Position numbers and translations under genes: made by a program. Shown here piece after piece: positions 21,605 through 31,928 of a stretch of DNA of 64,000 nt (position 1 is the stretch's first letter; each line of letters starts with the position of its first letter). The notes under the pieces were generated by a model. That model did no database searches and was not told the origin of the DNA. It saw only the letters and a list, made by a program, of their open reading frames with translations. The stretch is taken from NCBI GenBank assembly GCA_963724765.1, contig CAVRVY010000004.1, positions 1,056,001 through 1,120,000 of the forward strand. Direction: 5' to 3'. Source of the DNA: an uncultured delta proteobacterium. GTDB lineage: Bacteria > Desulfobacterota > Binatia > Binatales > Binataceae.

Positions 21605-22846
21605 ATGATTCGTAGAGCGATGGGCACGGCGGTGCTGATCATCTTCGGGGTGATTTGCGCGGGGTTGGTCGCCGAGGTCGGCGTGCGGGTCGCCAACCGC
21701 TTTTTTCCCTACTTCTATTGTTATGACGCCGCGCGCGGATGGGGGCTGCGGCCGAATACCGCCGGTTACTATCGGCGCGAGGGCGCCGCCTACGTCGAGA
21801 TCAACAGCGGAGGTTTTCGCGGCCCAGAGTTTGCTAAACCCAAGCCGCCCGGCACCCTTCGCATCGCGGTGCTCGGCGATTCCTACACCGAGGCAATCCA
21901 GGTTCCGTACGAAGACACTTTCGCCTCGGTCGCGGCGCGCAAGCTTGCGCAATGTCCGTTGCTTAAGGGACGGCGCGTGGAGGCGCTCAACTTCGGCGTC
22001 GACGGCTACGGCACCACGCAGGAACTGGTGACGCTGAGCGAAAAAGTTTGGGCCTACCAACCCGACATCGTGGTGCTCGCGATTTTTCTGGGCAACGACG
22101 TGCGCAACAACTCGGTTTCGCTCGAAGGCAATCTGTGCCGGCCGTTTTACGTCGAGCGCGACGGCAAGCTCACGCCAGCGGGGCCGTTTCAAAGCTCGAA
22201 TTCGTTTCGCCTGTGGTGCATGACGCGCTTCGACTATCGCAAATCCGGGTTGCTCTCGCTGATCGGCGGGGCCTGGACGATCCTTCGCACCCGCAACGAA
22301 CAGCCGACCGCCGAACTGCCCGTGGAACGCGCGATCAACTACGACATCTATAAGCCGCCCACCGAATCAACGTGGCGCGACGCATGGCAGGTAACCGACG
22401 ACCTGGTCGAGGAAACGCATCGCGAGACCGCCCGGCACGGCGCGGCATTTCTGACCGTGACGCTCGACACCAGCATCCAGGTATGGCCCGACCCGAAGGT
22501 GCGCGAGAATTTCATGAAGCGTATCGGCGTCAGCGATCTGTTCTATCCCGACCGCCGAATCGCCGCGCTCGGCGAGCGCGACGGCTTCGACGTGCTGACG
22601 CTGGCCGAACCGCTGTATCAGTACGCGCAGGCGCATCACGCTTTTCTGCACGGCTTTGCGAACAGCACGATCGGCTTCGGCCACTGGAACGCCGAGGGCC
22701 ATCGCGTGGCCGGCGAGCTTATCGGCGAGCGGCTATGCGCGATGCTGAAGGCCGGCAAGTGCGCGAGCTGCGCGGCGGGGCCAGCGGGAGCGCCCGGTGG
22801 ACCGGGCGCTCCCGCTGGCCCCGCCCACGGCGGCGCGCCGCATTAG
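21605..22846 (+). CDS. SGNH/GDSL hydrolase family protein with N-terminal membrane anchor
   Basis: INSGGFRG, RIAVLGDSYT, LNFGVDGYGTTQE, FLGND, GHWNAEGH. Confidence 0.88.
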   Translation: MIRRAMGTAVLIIFGVICAGLVAEVGVRVANRFFPYFYCYDAARGWGLRPNTAGYYRREGAAYVEINSGGFRGPEFAKPKPPGTLRIAVLGDSYTEAIQVPYEDTFASVAARKLAQCPLLKGRRVEALNFGVDGYGTTQELVTLSEKVWAYQPDIVVLAIFLGNDVRNNSVSLEGNLCRPFYVERDGKLTPAGPFQSSNSFRLWCMTRFDYRKSGLLSLIGGAWTILRTRNEQPTAELPVERAINYDIYKPPTESTWRDAWQVTDDLVEETHRETARHGAAFLTVTLDTSIQVWPDPKVRENFMKRIGVSDLFYPDRRIAALGERDGFDVLTLAEPLYQYAQAHHAFLHGFANSTIGFGHWNAEGHRVAGELIGERLCAMLKAGKCASCAAGPAGAPGGPGAPAGPAHGGAPH

Positions 22847-22869
22847 CGGCGCGCCGCCGTGGTTTTTTT
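22825..22869 (+). terminator. rho-independent terminator
   Basis: Perfect 17-bp stem CCACGGCGGCGCGCCGC / ATTA loop / GCGGCGCGCCGCCGTGG followed by T7; overlaps the SGNH stop codon. Confidence 0.9.
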
Positions 22870-22978
22870 GGCGCGGATGAGGCGGCGCGCACAATTGGTT
22901 GTTCCCACAAGGAATCTCGCCATGCACCTTTTGCGCATTGCCTTTACCCTCCGCACTCTGGTCGAATGATGCGCAATC

Positions 22979-24784
22979 GTGAACAGCCCGCTTCTACTGT
23001 CCGCGCTCGATAGCCGTCAAATCCGCCCGCGAATTGCGTCCGGCCTCGCGCTCGCGCCGCTCTCGGCGAGACTGGCGGCGAAGATCGTCGCCAGGATCAT
23101 CGCGATGACGGTCGCGACAATCGTCGCGACCGTCATTGCTACCAGTGCGGGAAGCGCGTACGCGCAGCCCGCCGACGCCAGCGCCGACGTGCAGATCGGC
23201 CCCAGCCCGAACGCGCAACCTGGGATCGCCGATCACGAAGTGGAGCAGGCCGCCGCCACTCTCGAACAGCTTGCGCGCTCCAACTTTGGCGACCTGGACG
23301 ACGCCGAACTAAAACTAGTGCATGCGGCGCCGCAGCGCGCGCTTTTGTGGGTAGGGCCGAACAGTGACCCGAGCAGTACCGCCAACGATCCGGCTAACGC
23401 CTCACAATGGCCACCCGGCCGGACAATCCGCGCGGCGCTCATCCGATGGCTCACCGCCGACCCGCAGGCACGGCCGTACGTCCATCCAAGCGGTATCGGC
23501 ATCGGTGGCGCGGCAATCGACGGGCAACTCGACCTTTCTTACCTGACCCTCAGCGCGCCGCTGACGATCGTCAACTCGGCAATACCCGAAGGAATTGATT
23601 TCTCCTTCGGCCATCTGCAGGGCCTCGATCTTTCGCGCGACGAGACAGGGCCGATTACGGGCGACCGCGCGACGATTGCAGGCGACCTCCAGTTGACCGG
23701 CGGAAAATACGGCCCCATTTCGGGCGACCGCATGCTTATTGCGGGCGACCTGCAGTTGATCGGCGGGGATTATGGACCGGTCAGCCTTTTTCGAACCGAA
23801 ATCGGCGGCAGTCTCGATTGCAGCGCCGGGCGCTTCGTGGGCGGCACCGATCCGTTGTCGATCGTGGAAGCGATGGTCAAGGGCGACGCGTCGTTCAACA
23901 ACGGCTTTACCACCAACGGGGTGGTCGATCTGACGCTTGCGCAAATCGGCCGCGGGCTCAGCTTCAAGGATGCACACTTCATCGGAACCGGCGTCAACGG
24001 ACTTAATGCCGACCGCATAACGATCGACGGAACATTTTACTGGGACAGTATCGTACGCACGCCGGGCACCGAACTTAATCTCACCAGCGCCCACGCCGCG
24101 GCGCTATGGGACGACGCCGCAAGTTGGCCGACGGCGGGAAATCTCTTCATCGATGACTTCGTTTACGGCGACATCAGCGGCGGTCCGAGCGACTCTCGGA
24201 GCCGGCTGCGATGGCTCAAGCGCCAACCTTCCGGCTATCGCCCCCAACCCTACGGCCAACTGGCAAAGGTGATGCGTGAGCGCGGCTCCGACGTCGGCGC
24301 GGTCGACGTGATGATGGCCAAGGAGGACGCGCGCCGTAACCAGGGTGGGCTGGGATGGGGAGAGCGGCTATGGAGCCGCGTGCTCGACGTCACGATCGGT
24401 TATGGCTACCGGCCGATGCGCGCGCTGTGGTGGATCTTCTTCTTCGTCGCACTGGGTTCGATGCTGTTCGGATTGGGCTACCGCGAGCGCGCGATCACGC
24501 CGACCGAGCTTGCCGCCTACGACGCCTTTGTTCAAAACGGTGAGCCGCCGCCGCACTATCCGCCGTTCAATGCGGTCGTCTACTCGCTGGAAAATTTCCT
24601 GCCGGTGGTCGATCTGCATCAGGGAACTTATTGGAGACCTAATCCGCGCCATGGGACGGGCGGCCGGATGCGCGCGCTCTCGGGCACCCTGCTCCGATGG
24701 TACCTGTGGCTGCATATTCTCGCCGGATGGATAATCACGCCGCTGCTCGCGGCGGGGCTTTCAGGTCTGGTGCGTCCGGACTGA
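22979..24784 (+). CDS. hypothetical membrane protein with beta-helix-like repeats and C-terminal TM domain
   Basis: TIRAALIRWL, I.G.LDL repeats, RLRWL..Q..GYRPQPYGQLAKV.RERG, TIGYGYRP.RAL, YSLENFLPVVDL; resembles proteins often labelled membrane-associated oxidoreductase; start uncertain. Confidence 0.7.
   Translation: MNSPLLLSALDSRQIRPRIASGLALAPLSARLAAKIVARIIAMTVATIVATVIATSAGSAYAQPADASADVQIGPSPNAQPGIADHEVEQAAATLEQLARSNFGDLDDAELKLVHAAPQRALLWVGPNSDPSSTANDPANASQWPPGRTIRAALIRWLTADPQARPYVHPSGIGIGGAAIDGQLDLSYLTLSAPLTIVNSAIPEGIDFSFGHLQGLDLSRDETGPITGDRATIAGDLQLTGGKYGPISGDRMLIAGDLQLIGGDYGPVSLFRTEIGGSLDCSAGRFVGGTDPLSIVEAMVKGDASFNNGFTTNGVVDLTLAQIGRGLSFKDAHFIGTGVNGLNADRITIDGTFYWDSIVRTPGTELNLTSAHAAALWDDAASWPTAGNLFIDDFVYGDISGGPSDSRSRLRWLKRQPSGYRPQPYGQLAKVMRERGSDVGAVDVMMAKEDARRNQGGLGWGERLWSRVLDVTIGYGYRPMRALWWIFFFVALGSMLFGLGYRERAITPTELAAYDAFVQNGEPPPHYPPFNAVVYSLENFLPVVDLHQGTYWRPNPRHGTGGRMRALSGTLLRWYLWLHILAGWIITPLLAAGLSGLVRPD
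23648..23779 (+). repeat. intragenic 63-nt (21-aa) tandem duplication
   Basis: GPITGDRATIAGDLQLTGGKY / GPISGDRMLIAGDLQLIGGDY / GP; copies start at 23648, 23711 and 23774. Confidence 0.85.
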
Positions 24785-24930
24785 ACCGGCGGTCCGCACC
24801 GCCCGGTTTGCTCTTTTGGAGATTGCGCGCAGAGGTATGCTAGACAAAGATTGGCCTTCGGGCCGCGAGGCTGAGTCCGCGGCGGGCGAAGACCCATCCG
24901 AATTTTAAGTGCGTAGCGGGGAGGTAAACG

Positions 24931-25845
24931 GTGGCATCGATCGAATTCGGCGTGGCGCTGACCTCGGTCAAGGGAGTGGTTGAGTTCGCGAGGTTCGCCG
25001 AGCGGCTCGGTTACGACTACCTGACCTGCGGCGAGCACGTGATGTTTCACGGGCCGGTGTCGAACTCGCTCATCGCGTTGTCGGTGGCCGCGGGAGCGAC
25101 CGAGAAGATCAAATTGATGAGCTCGATCGTGCTGCTGCCGCTGTATAATCCGGTGATGCTGGCTAAGCAGGCGGCGGTGCTCGACGTCGCCTCAGGCGGG
25201 CGCTACCACATGGGCGTCGGAATCGGCGGCGAGTTCCCCAAGGAGTTCGAGGCCATCGGCGTGCCGGTCAAGCAGCGCGGCTCACGCTCCAACGAGGCGC
25301 TCGAAGTGGTGCGCAAGCTCTGGACGGAGAAAGACGTCACCTTCGAGGGCCGCTACACGCGGTTTTCCGGCGTCACGCTCGAACCGGCGCCCACGCAGAA
25401 GCCCCATCCGCCGATCTGGGTCGCCGGGCGCAAGGAACCCGCGATGCGCCGCGCGGCGAAGTATGCCGACGGATGGCTGCCGTACATGTACACGCCCGAG
25501 ATGCTGCGCGAGAGCCTGACGAAGATCGACGCGTTCGGCCGCGAGGCCGGACGCGACATGAGCGCCTTTCGTCCGGGCCTGTTCATCTTCACTTCAGTCT
25601 ATCCCGATCGCAAAGAGGCCGAGGAAGTCGCTGCGCGCTCGCTCGGCAAAAATTATGCGCAGGACTTTTCCAAGATCGCCGGCCGCTACGTGCTTTACGG
25701 CAGCCCCGAAGATTGCCGCAAACGGCTGCGGGAATATATCGATGCCGGCGCACGCAGCGTGATGTTCAGCTGGGCCTGCCGCCACGACGATATCGAACGC
25801 AACATGGAAACGATCGCGAAGGAAGTCATCCCGGCTTTCCGCTAA
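24931..25845 (+). CDS. LLM class flavin-dependent oxidoreductase
   Basis: AERLGYDYLTCGEH, P.MLAKQAAVLDVASGGR, PTQKPHPPIWVAG; GGAGG RBS and GTG start. Confidence 0.92.
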   Translation: MASIEFGVALTSVKGVVEFARFAERLGYDYLTCGEHVMFHGPVSNSLIALSVAAGATEKIKLMSSIVLLPLYNPVMLAKQAAVLDVASGGRYHMGVGIGGEFPKEFEAIGVPVKQRGSRSNEALEVVRKLWTEKDVTFEGRYTRFSGVTLEPAPTQKPHPPIWVAGRKEPAMRRAAKYADGWLPYMYTPEMLRESLTKIDAFGREAGRDMSAFRPGLFIFTSVYPDRKEAEEVAARSLGKNYAQDFSKIAGRYVLYGSPEDCRKRLREYIDAGARSVMFSWACRHDDIERNMETIAKEVIPAFR

Positions 25846-25883
25846 TCGCCGAATCGCGCGCGGCACTATCGAGGCGCCATCCA

Positions 25884-27092
25884 ATGCCAGGGTCTCCCAC
25901 AAGATCTGCAAACGGACCATTAAGCGGCATCCGCATCGTCGACCTCACGCAGAATCTTTCGGGCCCGATGGCGACGATGATTCTCGGCGATCAGGGCGCC
26001 GACGTGATCAAGATCGAGCCGCCAGGAATCGGCGATTTCACGCGCGCGATGGGCGGGACGAAGCGTGGCGTCGCGCCGGCCTTCGCGGTGATCAACCGCA
26101 ACAAGCGCTCGGTGGCGCTCAACTTGCGCGATCCACGCGGCCTGGAACTGCTCAAACGGATGGTCGCGGGCGCCGATCTGTTCGTGCAAAACCATCGCCC
26201 CGGCGTCGCCGAACGCATGGGGATCGGCGAGGCGGCGCTGCGCGCGGTCAAGCCGGACCTCGTCTACGTCTCGATAAGCGGCTTCGGCGAAAGCGGCCCA
26301 TATGCCGATCAGCGGGTTTACGATCCGGTGATCCAGGCGATCTCGGGGCTCGCGGCGATCCAGGCCGACGTCGAAACCGGCCGCCCCCACATGATCCGCC
26401 TCATAATCCCCGACAAGGTCACGGCGCTCACCGCGGCGCAGGCGATGACGGCGGCGCTGCTGGCGCGCCTGCGGACCGGCGAAGGGCAGCACGTGCGCCT
26501 CGCGATGCTCGACGCGGTGATCGCGTTCCTGTGGCCGGAGGGGATGGCCGCGTATACCTTCGTCGGGAACAACCGCAGCAGCATCCGCGCGGCCAGGGCG
26601 CGTGAGCTCATTTTCGAAACCACCGACGGTTACATCACCGCCGCCGCGAACACCGACTCCGAATGGCAGGGGATGTGCCGCGCGCTGGAACGGCCGCAAT
26701 GGCTCGGCGACGAGCGCTTCAAAACGCCGGTCGATCGTATTCGCAACGCCGACGTGCGCCTCGAGATGACCGCCGAAGTGCTGAAGACGAAAAGCTCCGC
26801 GCAATGGCTCGAGCGCCTGCGCGCCAACCAGGTGCCGTGTGCGCCCGTGCTCAGCCGCGAGGAGATGCTGCACAACGCGCAAGTCGTGGCCAACCAGATC
26901 ATCGTGGAATCCGAGCATCCGCACGCGGGCCCGATGCGTCAGCCACGCCCGGCAGCGCGCTTCGAGCGCACGCCGGCGGCGCTCAGCCGCTTCGCCCCGC
27001 TGCTCGGCGAGCACACTGATGAGGTGCTCCAAGAAGCGGGCGTCGCGTCCGGTGAACTGGCGTCGCTCCGCGAGCAGGGTGTAATCGCCTAA
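25884..27092 (+). CDS. class III CoA-transferase (CaiB/BaiF)
   Basis: PLSGIRIVDLT..LSGP, GADVIKIEPP, NRNKRSVALNL, APLLGEHTDEVL; start placed at 25884 because the track ORF overlaps the upstream gene. Confidence 0.92.
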   Translation: MPGSPTRSANGPLSGIRIVDLTQNLSGPMATMILGDQGADVIKIEPPGIGDFTRAMGGTKRGVAPAFAVINRNKRSVALNLRDPRGLELLKRMVAGADLFVQNHRPGVAERMGIGEAALRAVKPDLVYVSISGFGESGPYADQRVYDPVIQAISGLAAIQADVETGRPHMIRLIIPDKVTALTAAQAMTAALLARLRTGEGQHVRLAMLDAVIAFLWPEGMAAYTFVGNNRSSIRAARARELIFETTDGYITAAANTDSEWQGMCRALERPQWLGDERFKTPVDRIRNADVRLEMTAEVLKTKSSAQWLERLRANQVPCAPVLSREEMLHNAQVVANQIIVESEHPHAGPMRQPRPAARFERTPAALSRFAPLLGEHTDEVLQEAGVASGELASLREQGVIA

Positions 27093-27121
27093 TTAGTCGC
27101 CTGACTTGCGCGCGTCGGAGA

Positions 27122-28522
27122 ATGACGATGGCCAAAGCGGACGAAATTCTGAATCTCGACGTGGTCGGGCTGGCCGCGAAACTGCGCTCACGCGAACTCT
27201 CGCCGGTGGAGGTCACCGACGCCTACCTGGATCGAATCGCGGCGACCGAAAAGAGGCTCTGCGCCTATATTACCGTGACCGCGGAACTGGCGCGCGCGAC
27301 CGCGCTTGCGGCCGAGCGCGAAATCGCGGCCGGCAACTGGCGCGGCACTTTTCACGGCGTTCCCATCGCGCTCAAGGACCTCTGCTGCACTAAAGGGATT
27401 CTGACCACCAGCGGCTCCAAGGTGCTCGCCGATCATGTTCCCGATTGCGACGCCACCGTTTGGACCCGTCTTCGGGCCGCGGGCGCAATTCTGCTCGGCA
27501 AGCTCAACATGCACGAGTTCGCCTGCGGGGGCACCGCCAAAACGGCGTGGGGCACCACGCTCAATCCGTACGATCCCGAGCGCATCCCGGGCGGCTCCAG
27601 TTCCGGCTCGGGCGCCGCGATCGTCGGGCGCAGCGCCGCGGCGACGCTCGGCAGCGACACCGGCGGCTCGATTCGGATCCCGGCGGCGTTTTGCGGCTGC
27701 GTGGGACTGAAGCAGACCTGGAGCCGGGTCAGCCGCTTCGGCATCCTGCCGCTCAGCAACTCGCTCGATCACGTCGGCCCGATCACCCGCAGCGTGCGCG
27801 ACGCCGCCGCGATGCTCCAGCTTATCGCCGGCCACGACCCCCACGATCCGACCTCGAGCAGCGAGCCGGTGCCCGACTACTCGGCAGCGCTGGGACGCGA
27901 CCTCAAGGGCGTGCGGGTCGGAATCATCCGCGAACTCGGCCGGGACGTCGCCGCCGAGGTTGCGCAGTCGTTCGAGGGCGCGATGCGCACGCTGGGCGGA
28001 CTCGGCGCTATCGTCGACGAGGTTTCGATCCCGTCGATCGATGCGGCGCCCACGATCGCGATGAACATCATGTACGCCGAGGGGCTGGAGTATCACGAGC
28101 GATGGTTCACCGAGCGTCCGCAGGATTACGGCCGAGGCGTGCGCCGGATGCTCGAAGCCGCGATCGCGCTGCCGGCGACCGCGTACCTCCGCTCCCAGCG
28201 CGCCCGCGCGCAAATGATGGCCGAAGCGATGCGCGCGCTTGAGGGCCGCGACGTGCTCGCCACGCCGGCCTGCATGATGGCGCCGATGAAAATCGCCGAG
28301 GCGCGCGAAGGCAAAGTTGGCCTCGCTCAACTGATCCGGCATACCGCGCCATTCAATGTCACGGGGCAGCCGGCGCTCGCGATACCAACCGGGATTGGCG
28401 CGGACCGCGCGCCGCTGGCGATTCAGATCGTCGGGCGGCCGTTCGACGAACCCTCGGTGCTGCGCGTCGCCGACGCTTACGAGCGCGCGCGCGGCGCGTT
28501 GCCGTCGCCCGAATTCAACTGA
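27122..28522 (+). CDS. amidase signature family protein (GatA-like fold)
   Basis: GVPIALKD, GKLNMHEF, PGGSSSGS, LGSDTGGSIRIPAAFCG. Confidence 0.93.
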   Translation: MTMAKADEILNLDVVGLAAKLRSRELSPVEVTDAYLDRIAATEKRLCAYITVTAELARATALAAEREIAAGNWRGTFHGVPIALKDLCCTKGILTTSGSKVLADHVPDCDATVWTRLRAAGAILLGKLNMHEFACGGTAKTAWGTTLNPYDPERIPGGSSSGSGAAIVGRSAAATLGSDTGGSIRIPAAFCGCVGLKQTWSRVSRFGILPLSNSLDHVGPITRSVRDAAAMLQLIAGHDPHDPTSSSEPVPDYSAALGRDLKGVRVGIIRELGRDVAAEVAQSFEGAMRTLGGLGAIVDEVSIPSIDAAPTIAMNIMYAEGLEYHERWFTERPQDYGRGVRRMLEAAIALPATAYLRSQRARAQMMAEAMRALEGRDVLATPACMMAPMKIAEAREGKVGLAQLIRHTAPFNVTGQPALAIPTGIGADRAPLAIQIVGRPFDEPSVLRVADAYERARGALPSPEFN

Positions 28523-28546
28523 GCTGTCGGCCGGCGCGCGCGCGGC

Positions 28547-29629
28547 TCAGCGAAACGCCGGCATCACCAGTTCGGCGAAATCGCGATATACCTCGCGCTG
28601 AAAATCCGCCGGCGGCTCGATCACCGTCTCCTTGATACCGCCCGCCTCCATCGCGCGGAGCTGCGCGACCAGATCGTCGGGCTCGCCGACCAGGCAAGTG
28701 CCGCGAATCGCCTCGGGCGTGACGAAGCGCCGCTCTTCGGGCTGCATGAAAGTGCCGTGACCTTCGTGAATCTGCCGGAAGCGCGCGCGCTCAGGCAGGC
28801 TGTAGGCGTCGACGCGCCGCAGGTAGTCGTCCCACACGTTGCGGAAAAAGGACGGAATCGCCTCGTCTGAGCGGTCGCGCGATTTCCAATTCTCGTAAGC
28901 GAAGTGGAGCGCGCTCGTGACCTGCGCGCCAGTCTGGTTGATCACGCGCGCCGAGGTCAGGCGCTCGCCCGGACGCAGCACGCACGAACTGCTGAGCGCG
29001 GCGGTATGGAAATCCGGTCCCAGCGTGCGCCCGGCGCGCTCGGCGCCGGCGCGAATTCGCGCGAGCCGGCCGCCGACCCGCGCATTGATGCCGCCTGCGG
29101 TCACCCAGCCGTCGCCGAATTCACCGGCGGCCTCGCATATCCGGGGCCCATTGGCGGCAACGTAAATCGGAATTGGATCGTCGAGATTGATGAAGCGGCG
29201 GTCGCGATGAAGAAATTTGATCTCGCGCGTGCGGCCGCGAAAGGTGTACTCGACCGCCTCGCCATGCAGCAGCGCGCGCACCACCTTTAGGTACTCACGG
29301 AACTCGGCAACCGGCATCGGGCTCTGCCCCATCACCCGCATCGCGGTGTGGCCGGTGCCGATGCCGAGGAACGTTCGCCCCGGCGCGATCCGATTGATGC
29401 TCGCGATGGAGTGCGCGGTGACCGGGGCCAGGCGGGTGCCGGCGATCGCCACCCCCGTTCCAATCTTGATCCGTCGCGTGTTGGCTGCCGCCAGCGCGAG
29501 CGTCGCGTAGCAATCAGACCAGATCATCTGTGAATCCGGAACCCATGCCCGGTCGTAACCCAGATCCTCGGCGTAGCGGACGAGGTCCCATTTGCTGACG
29601 TGCGTGTCGATACCGATTCCGAATTCCAT
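28547..29629 (-). CDS. LLM class flavin-dependent oxidoreductase (Mer-like)
   Basis: AEDLGYDRAWVPDSQ, T.RIKIGTGV, APGRTFLGIGTG, IPIYVAANGP; start placed at ATG 29629. Confidence 0.9.
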   Translation of the reverse strand: MEFGIGIDTHVSKWDLVRYAEDLGYDRAWVPDSQMIWSDCYATLALAAANTRRIKIGTGVAIAGTRLAPVTAHSIASINRIAPGRTFLGIGTGHTAMRVMGQSPMPVAEFREYLKVVRALLHGEAVEYTFRGRTREIKFLHRDRRFINLDDPIPIYVAANGPRICEAAGEFGDGWVTAGGINARVGGRLARIRAGAERAGRTLGPDFHTAALSSSCVLRPGERLTSARVINQTGAQVTSALHFAYENWKSRDRSDEAIPSFFRNVWDDYLRRVDAYSLPERARFRQIHEGHGTFMQPEERRFVTPEAIRGTCLVGEPDDLVAQLRAMEAGGIKETVIEPPADFQREVYRDFAELVMPAFR

Positions 29630-29928
29630 CGGAATTTCCCCCCCGCTGCGCTGTCCGGGGCGAGCCGGGCCATCCGGGATGCGTGTGAGACATACATAGC
29701 GCATCTGAAGGCAAAAGACCCATAAAATTTGGGAATAATTGCCGAAATTTGTGCCAAGGACGCAACTTAGGATGCTTTAAAACAATTCGTTCCCATTAAA
29801 GATGTCCGAAGAAGAGGCTTAAAGTCAAAAAACGATTAATTGGGTATAATGAAATTTGAAGTCTAGTAGGGTATTGTTTGGGCGTGGCTCTACCAGGCCA
29901 CTCTGGGGTTACTTTAAGGAGGCTGACA

Positions 29929-30120
29929 ATGGAATTAGTTACGCGCCTATATCTTAGGCTCCGCGAAGCGGCCTCCGGAGCCCATCGCGGCCAGACCTAT
30001 AGCGAATATGCCCTCATTTTCGTTTGTATAGTCGTTGCGCTGGTTGGCGGCTATCAACTCATCGGCAACAGCCTCGGGAACTCGGTAACCGGAATCGCTA
30101 ACCAGGTGGGTAACGCCTGA
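29929..30120 (+). CDS. flp: Flp family type IVb pilin
   Basis: 63 aa; G/QTYSEYALI cleavage and Flp EY motif followed by a hydrophobic helix; AAGGAGG RBS; TATAAT at 29845-29850. Confidence 0.85.
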   Translation: MELVTRLYLRLREAASGAHRGQTYSEYALIFVCIVVALVGGYQLIGNSLGNSVTGIANQVGNA

Positions 30121-30813
30121 GAATTCGCTGCAGGCGCGTGCGACGTGCGCGTCCAGCTAGAGAGCTAGGCCTTTTGGCGAGCCGCAGCGTACCGTGTGCG
30201 TTGACGGCTCGCGTCGTCTGGTCAGAACTTCCAGAGATCACTCGCGGCGATAGGCACACATCAACGGCAGCAGACTTTGTGTGCGATCCACCCTGTGGTA
30301 GCTTGGCGCCCGGCTGCTATGGCGCGGCAAGAGGCGCCGGCAACAGCGCGAACGCTGCCTGGCCGTCAGTTCCACAAGACGTGAGTGCCGCTAAGGACGC
30401 GCTAGAGTCGTATCGCTGTTGCGAGCGCAACTGCCCGGGGAAGAAGCAAGCGTCGAAGCGGCTTCGACCCCGCAGCGAGGTGAGGCGTGGTGGGGCGATC
30501 GAATGTGACACAGCGGCCGACTGCTGCAACTGATTTTGGTCACGCCGCGGAGCGACCCGGACTTCTAACGCCAGAGGCGGGCGTTACACCGCGGGCCTGC
30601 GACCTGCGCTCCCTCGCCGCACTGATTCTCTATCTGGCACTTTCATGTCTTTTCTTTGGCCGTTCGCTTTTCGGAAATTTGAGAACCTTGCATATCGGGG
30701 CCGGACCGGATCCAGGTCTCATGATGTGGTTTCTTGTGTGGTGGCCGCATGCGGTCATTAACGGCATCAATCCATTTTTCTCCCGTGCAATCTTCGCCCC
30801 AACCGGCTTCGAC

Positions 30814-31881
30814 CTAGTGTTCAGTACCGTAAATAAGTTGAGCATTGTGGATGCTGCGTTTGATTTGAGCGGCGGTTTTGATCCAGCGGAAGGGCTTGGC
30901 ATTGTCGTTCCAGTGGGCGAGGTAGCCTGTGATCGCCCGCTCCAGACACCTAACGCTGTCGAAGCCGCCGCGGCGGATGGCCTGGCTGGTAATCAGAGCG
31001 AACCAACGTTCGACCAGGTTGAGCCACGAGGCACTGGTCGGGGTGAAGTGCAGATGGCACAGGGGATGCGCGGCGAGCCACGCCTGCACCGCGGGATGTT
31101 TGTGGGTGCCGTAGTTGTCGCAGATCAGATGTAACTCGAGCTTCGGATAGCGCTTGGCCAGAGACTCCAGAAAGGCGATGAACTCGACGTGGGTGTGGCG
31201 CTTGAAGCAGCGACCATGGACCTTGCCGCTGGCCACCTCCAGCGCGGCGAACAAGCTGGTGGTGCCGTGGCGGGTATAATCATGGGTCATGCGAGCCGGC
31301 AGCCCGGGCCACATTCGCAGCGCCGGTTGCGTGCGATTAAGCGCCTGAATCTGCGACTTTTCATCCACGCACAGCACCAGCGCCCGCTCGGGAGGATCCA
31401 GATAGAGTCCGACGATGTCGGCCAGCTTGGCGTCGAACTCGGGGTCGGTGCTGAACTTGAAACTCTCCAGACGATGCGGCTGCAGCCCGTACTTCTGCCA
31501 AATCCGGTGCACGGTCATGAAGCTGAGGCCGACCTCCTTGGCCAGCCGCCGCGCGCTCCAGTGGGTGGCGTGCTTGGGCGGCCGCATGGTCGCGGCTACC
31601 ACCGCCAGTTCCTTGCGCCGGCTGATCCGGCGCGGCCGTCCGCTGCGGTGTCGGCTCTTGAGCCCGGCGAGCCCCTCGCCCTGATAGCGCCGCCGCCACA
31701 GACATACCGTGCGCTGGGTCACCCCCAGCCGCTCGGCGATCGCGCGCAGCGAATCTCCCTCCGCGCTCAGCATCACTACCCGCGCGCGCATGCCCAGCGA
31801 TTGCGGCAGTCGCTGCGACGGCAACCACGTCGCCAGTTCCGCCCGATCCGCCTCGCTCACCTCAAACCCTGCCATCTTCAT
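30814..31881 (-). CDS. IS630 family transposase
   Basis: N-terminal HTH, LCVDEKSQIQAL, YTRHGTTSLFAAL, ICDNYGTHK, TPTSASWLNLVERWF (DDE); the stop codon is formed with the target TA. Confidence 0.95.
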   Translation of the reverse strand: MKMAGFEVSEADRAELATWLPSQRLPQSLGMRARVVMLSAEGDSLRAIAERLGVTQRTVCLWRRRYQGEGLAGLKSRHRSGRPRRISRRKELAVVAATMRPPKHATHWSARRLAKEVGLSFMTVHRIWQKYGLQPHRLESFKFSTDPEFDAKLADIVGLYLDPPERALVLCVDEKSQIQALNRTQPALRMWPGLPARMTHDYTRHGTTSLFAALEVASGKVHGRCFKRHTHVEFIAFLESLAKRYPKLELHLICDNYGTHKHPAVQAWLAAHPLCHLHFTPTSASWLNLVERWFALITSQAIRRGGFDSVRCLERAITGYLAHWNDNAKPFRWIKTAAQIKRSIHNAQLIYGTEH

Positions 31882-31928
31882 ACATATTTAGACGGCGATA
31901 TCCCATACTTAATTCAGTTACTGAACAC
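30817..31928 (-). mobile_element. IS630-family insertion sequence, complete (1112 bp)
   Basis: Terminal IRs GTGTTCAGTAccgtAAATAAGT / GTGTTCAGTAactgAATTAAGT; TA duplicated (30815-30816 and 31929-31930) within a CTAG target. Confidence 0.93.

Noticed and set aside
29740-29757. Minus-strand TGGCACAAATTTCGGC as a sigma54 promoter for the LLM gene
   Set aside because: GG-to-GC spacing is 11 rather than 10 and the TTGC element is missing.
30138-30533. 131-aa ORF after the pilin
   Set aside because: No RBS or domain features; it overlaps the start of the glycosyltransferase-like gene.
30817-31134. C-terminal half of track ORF 30487..31134
   Set aside because: Read-through into the antisense strand of IS630, not part of the host protein.
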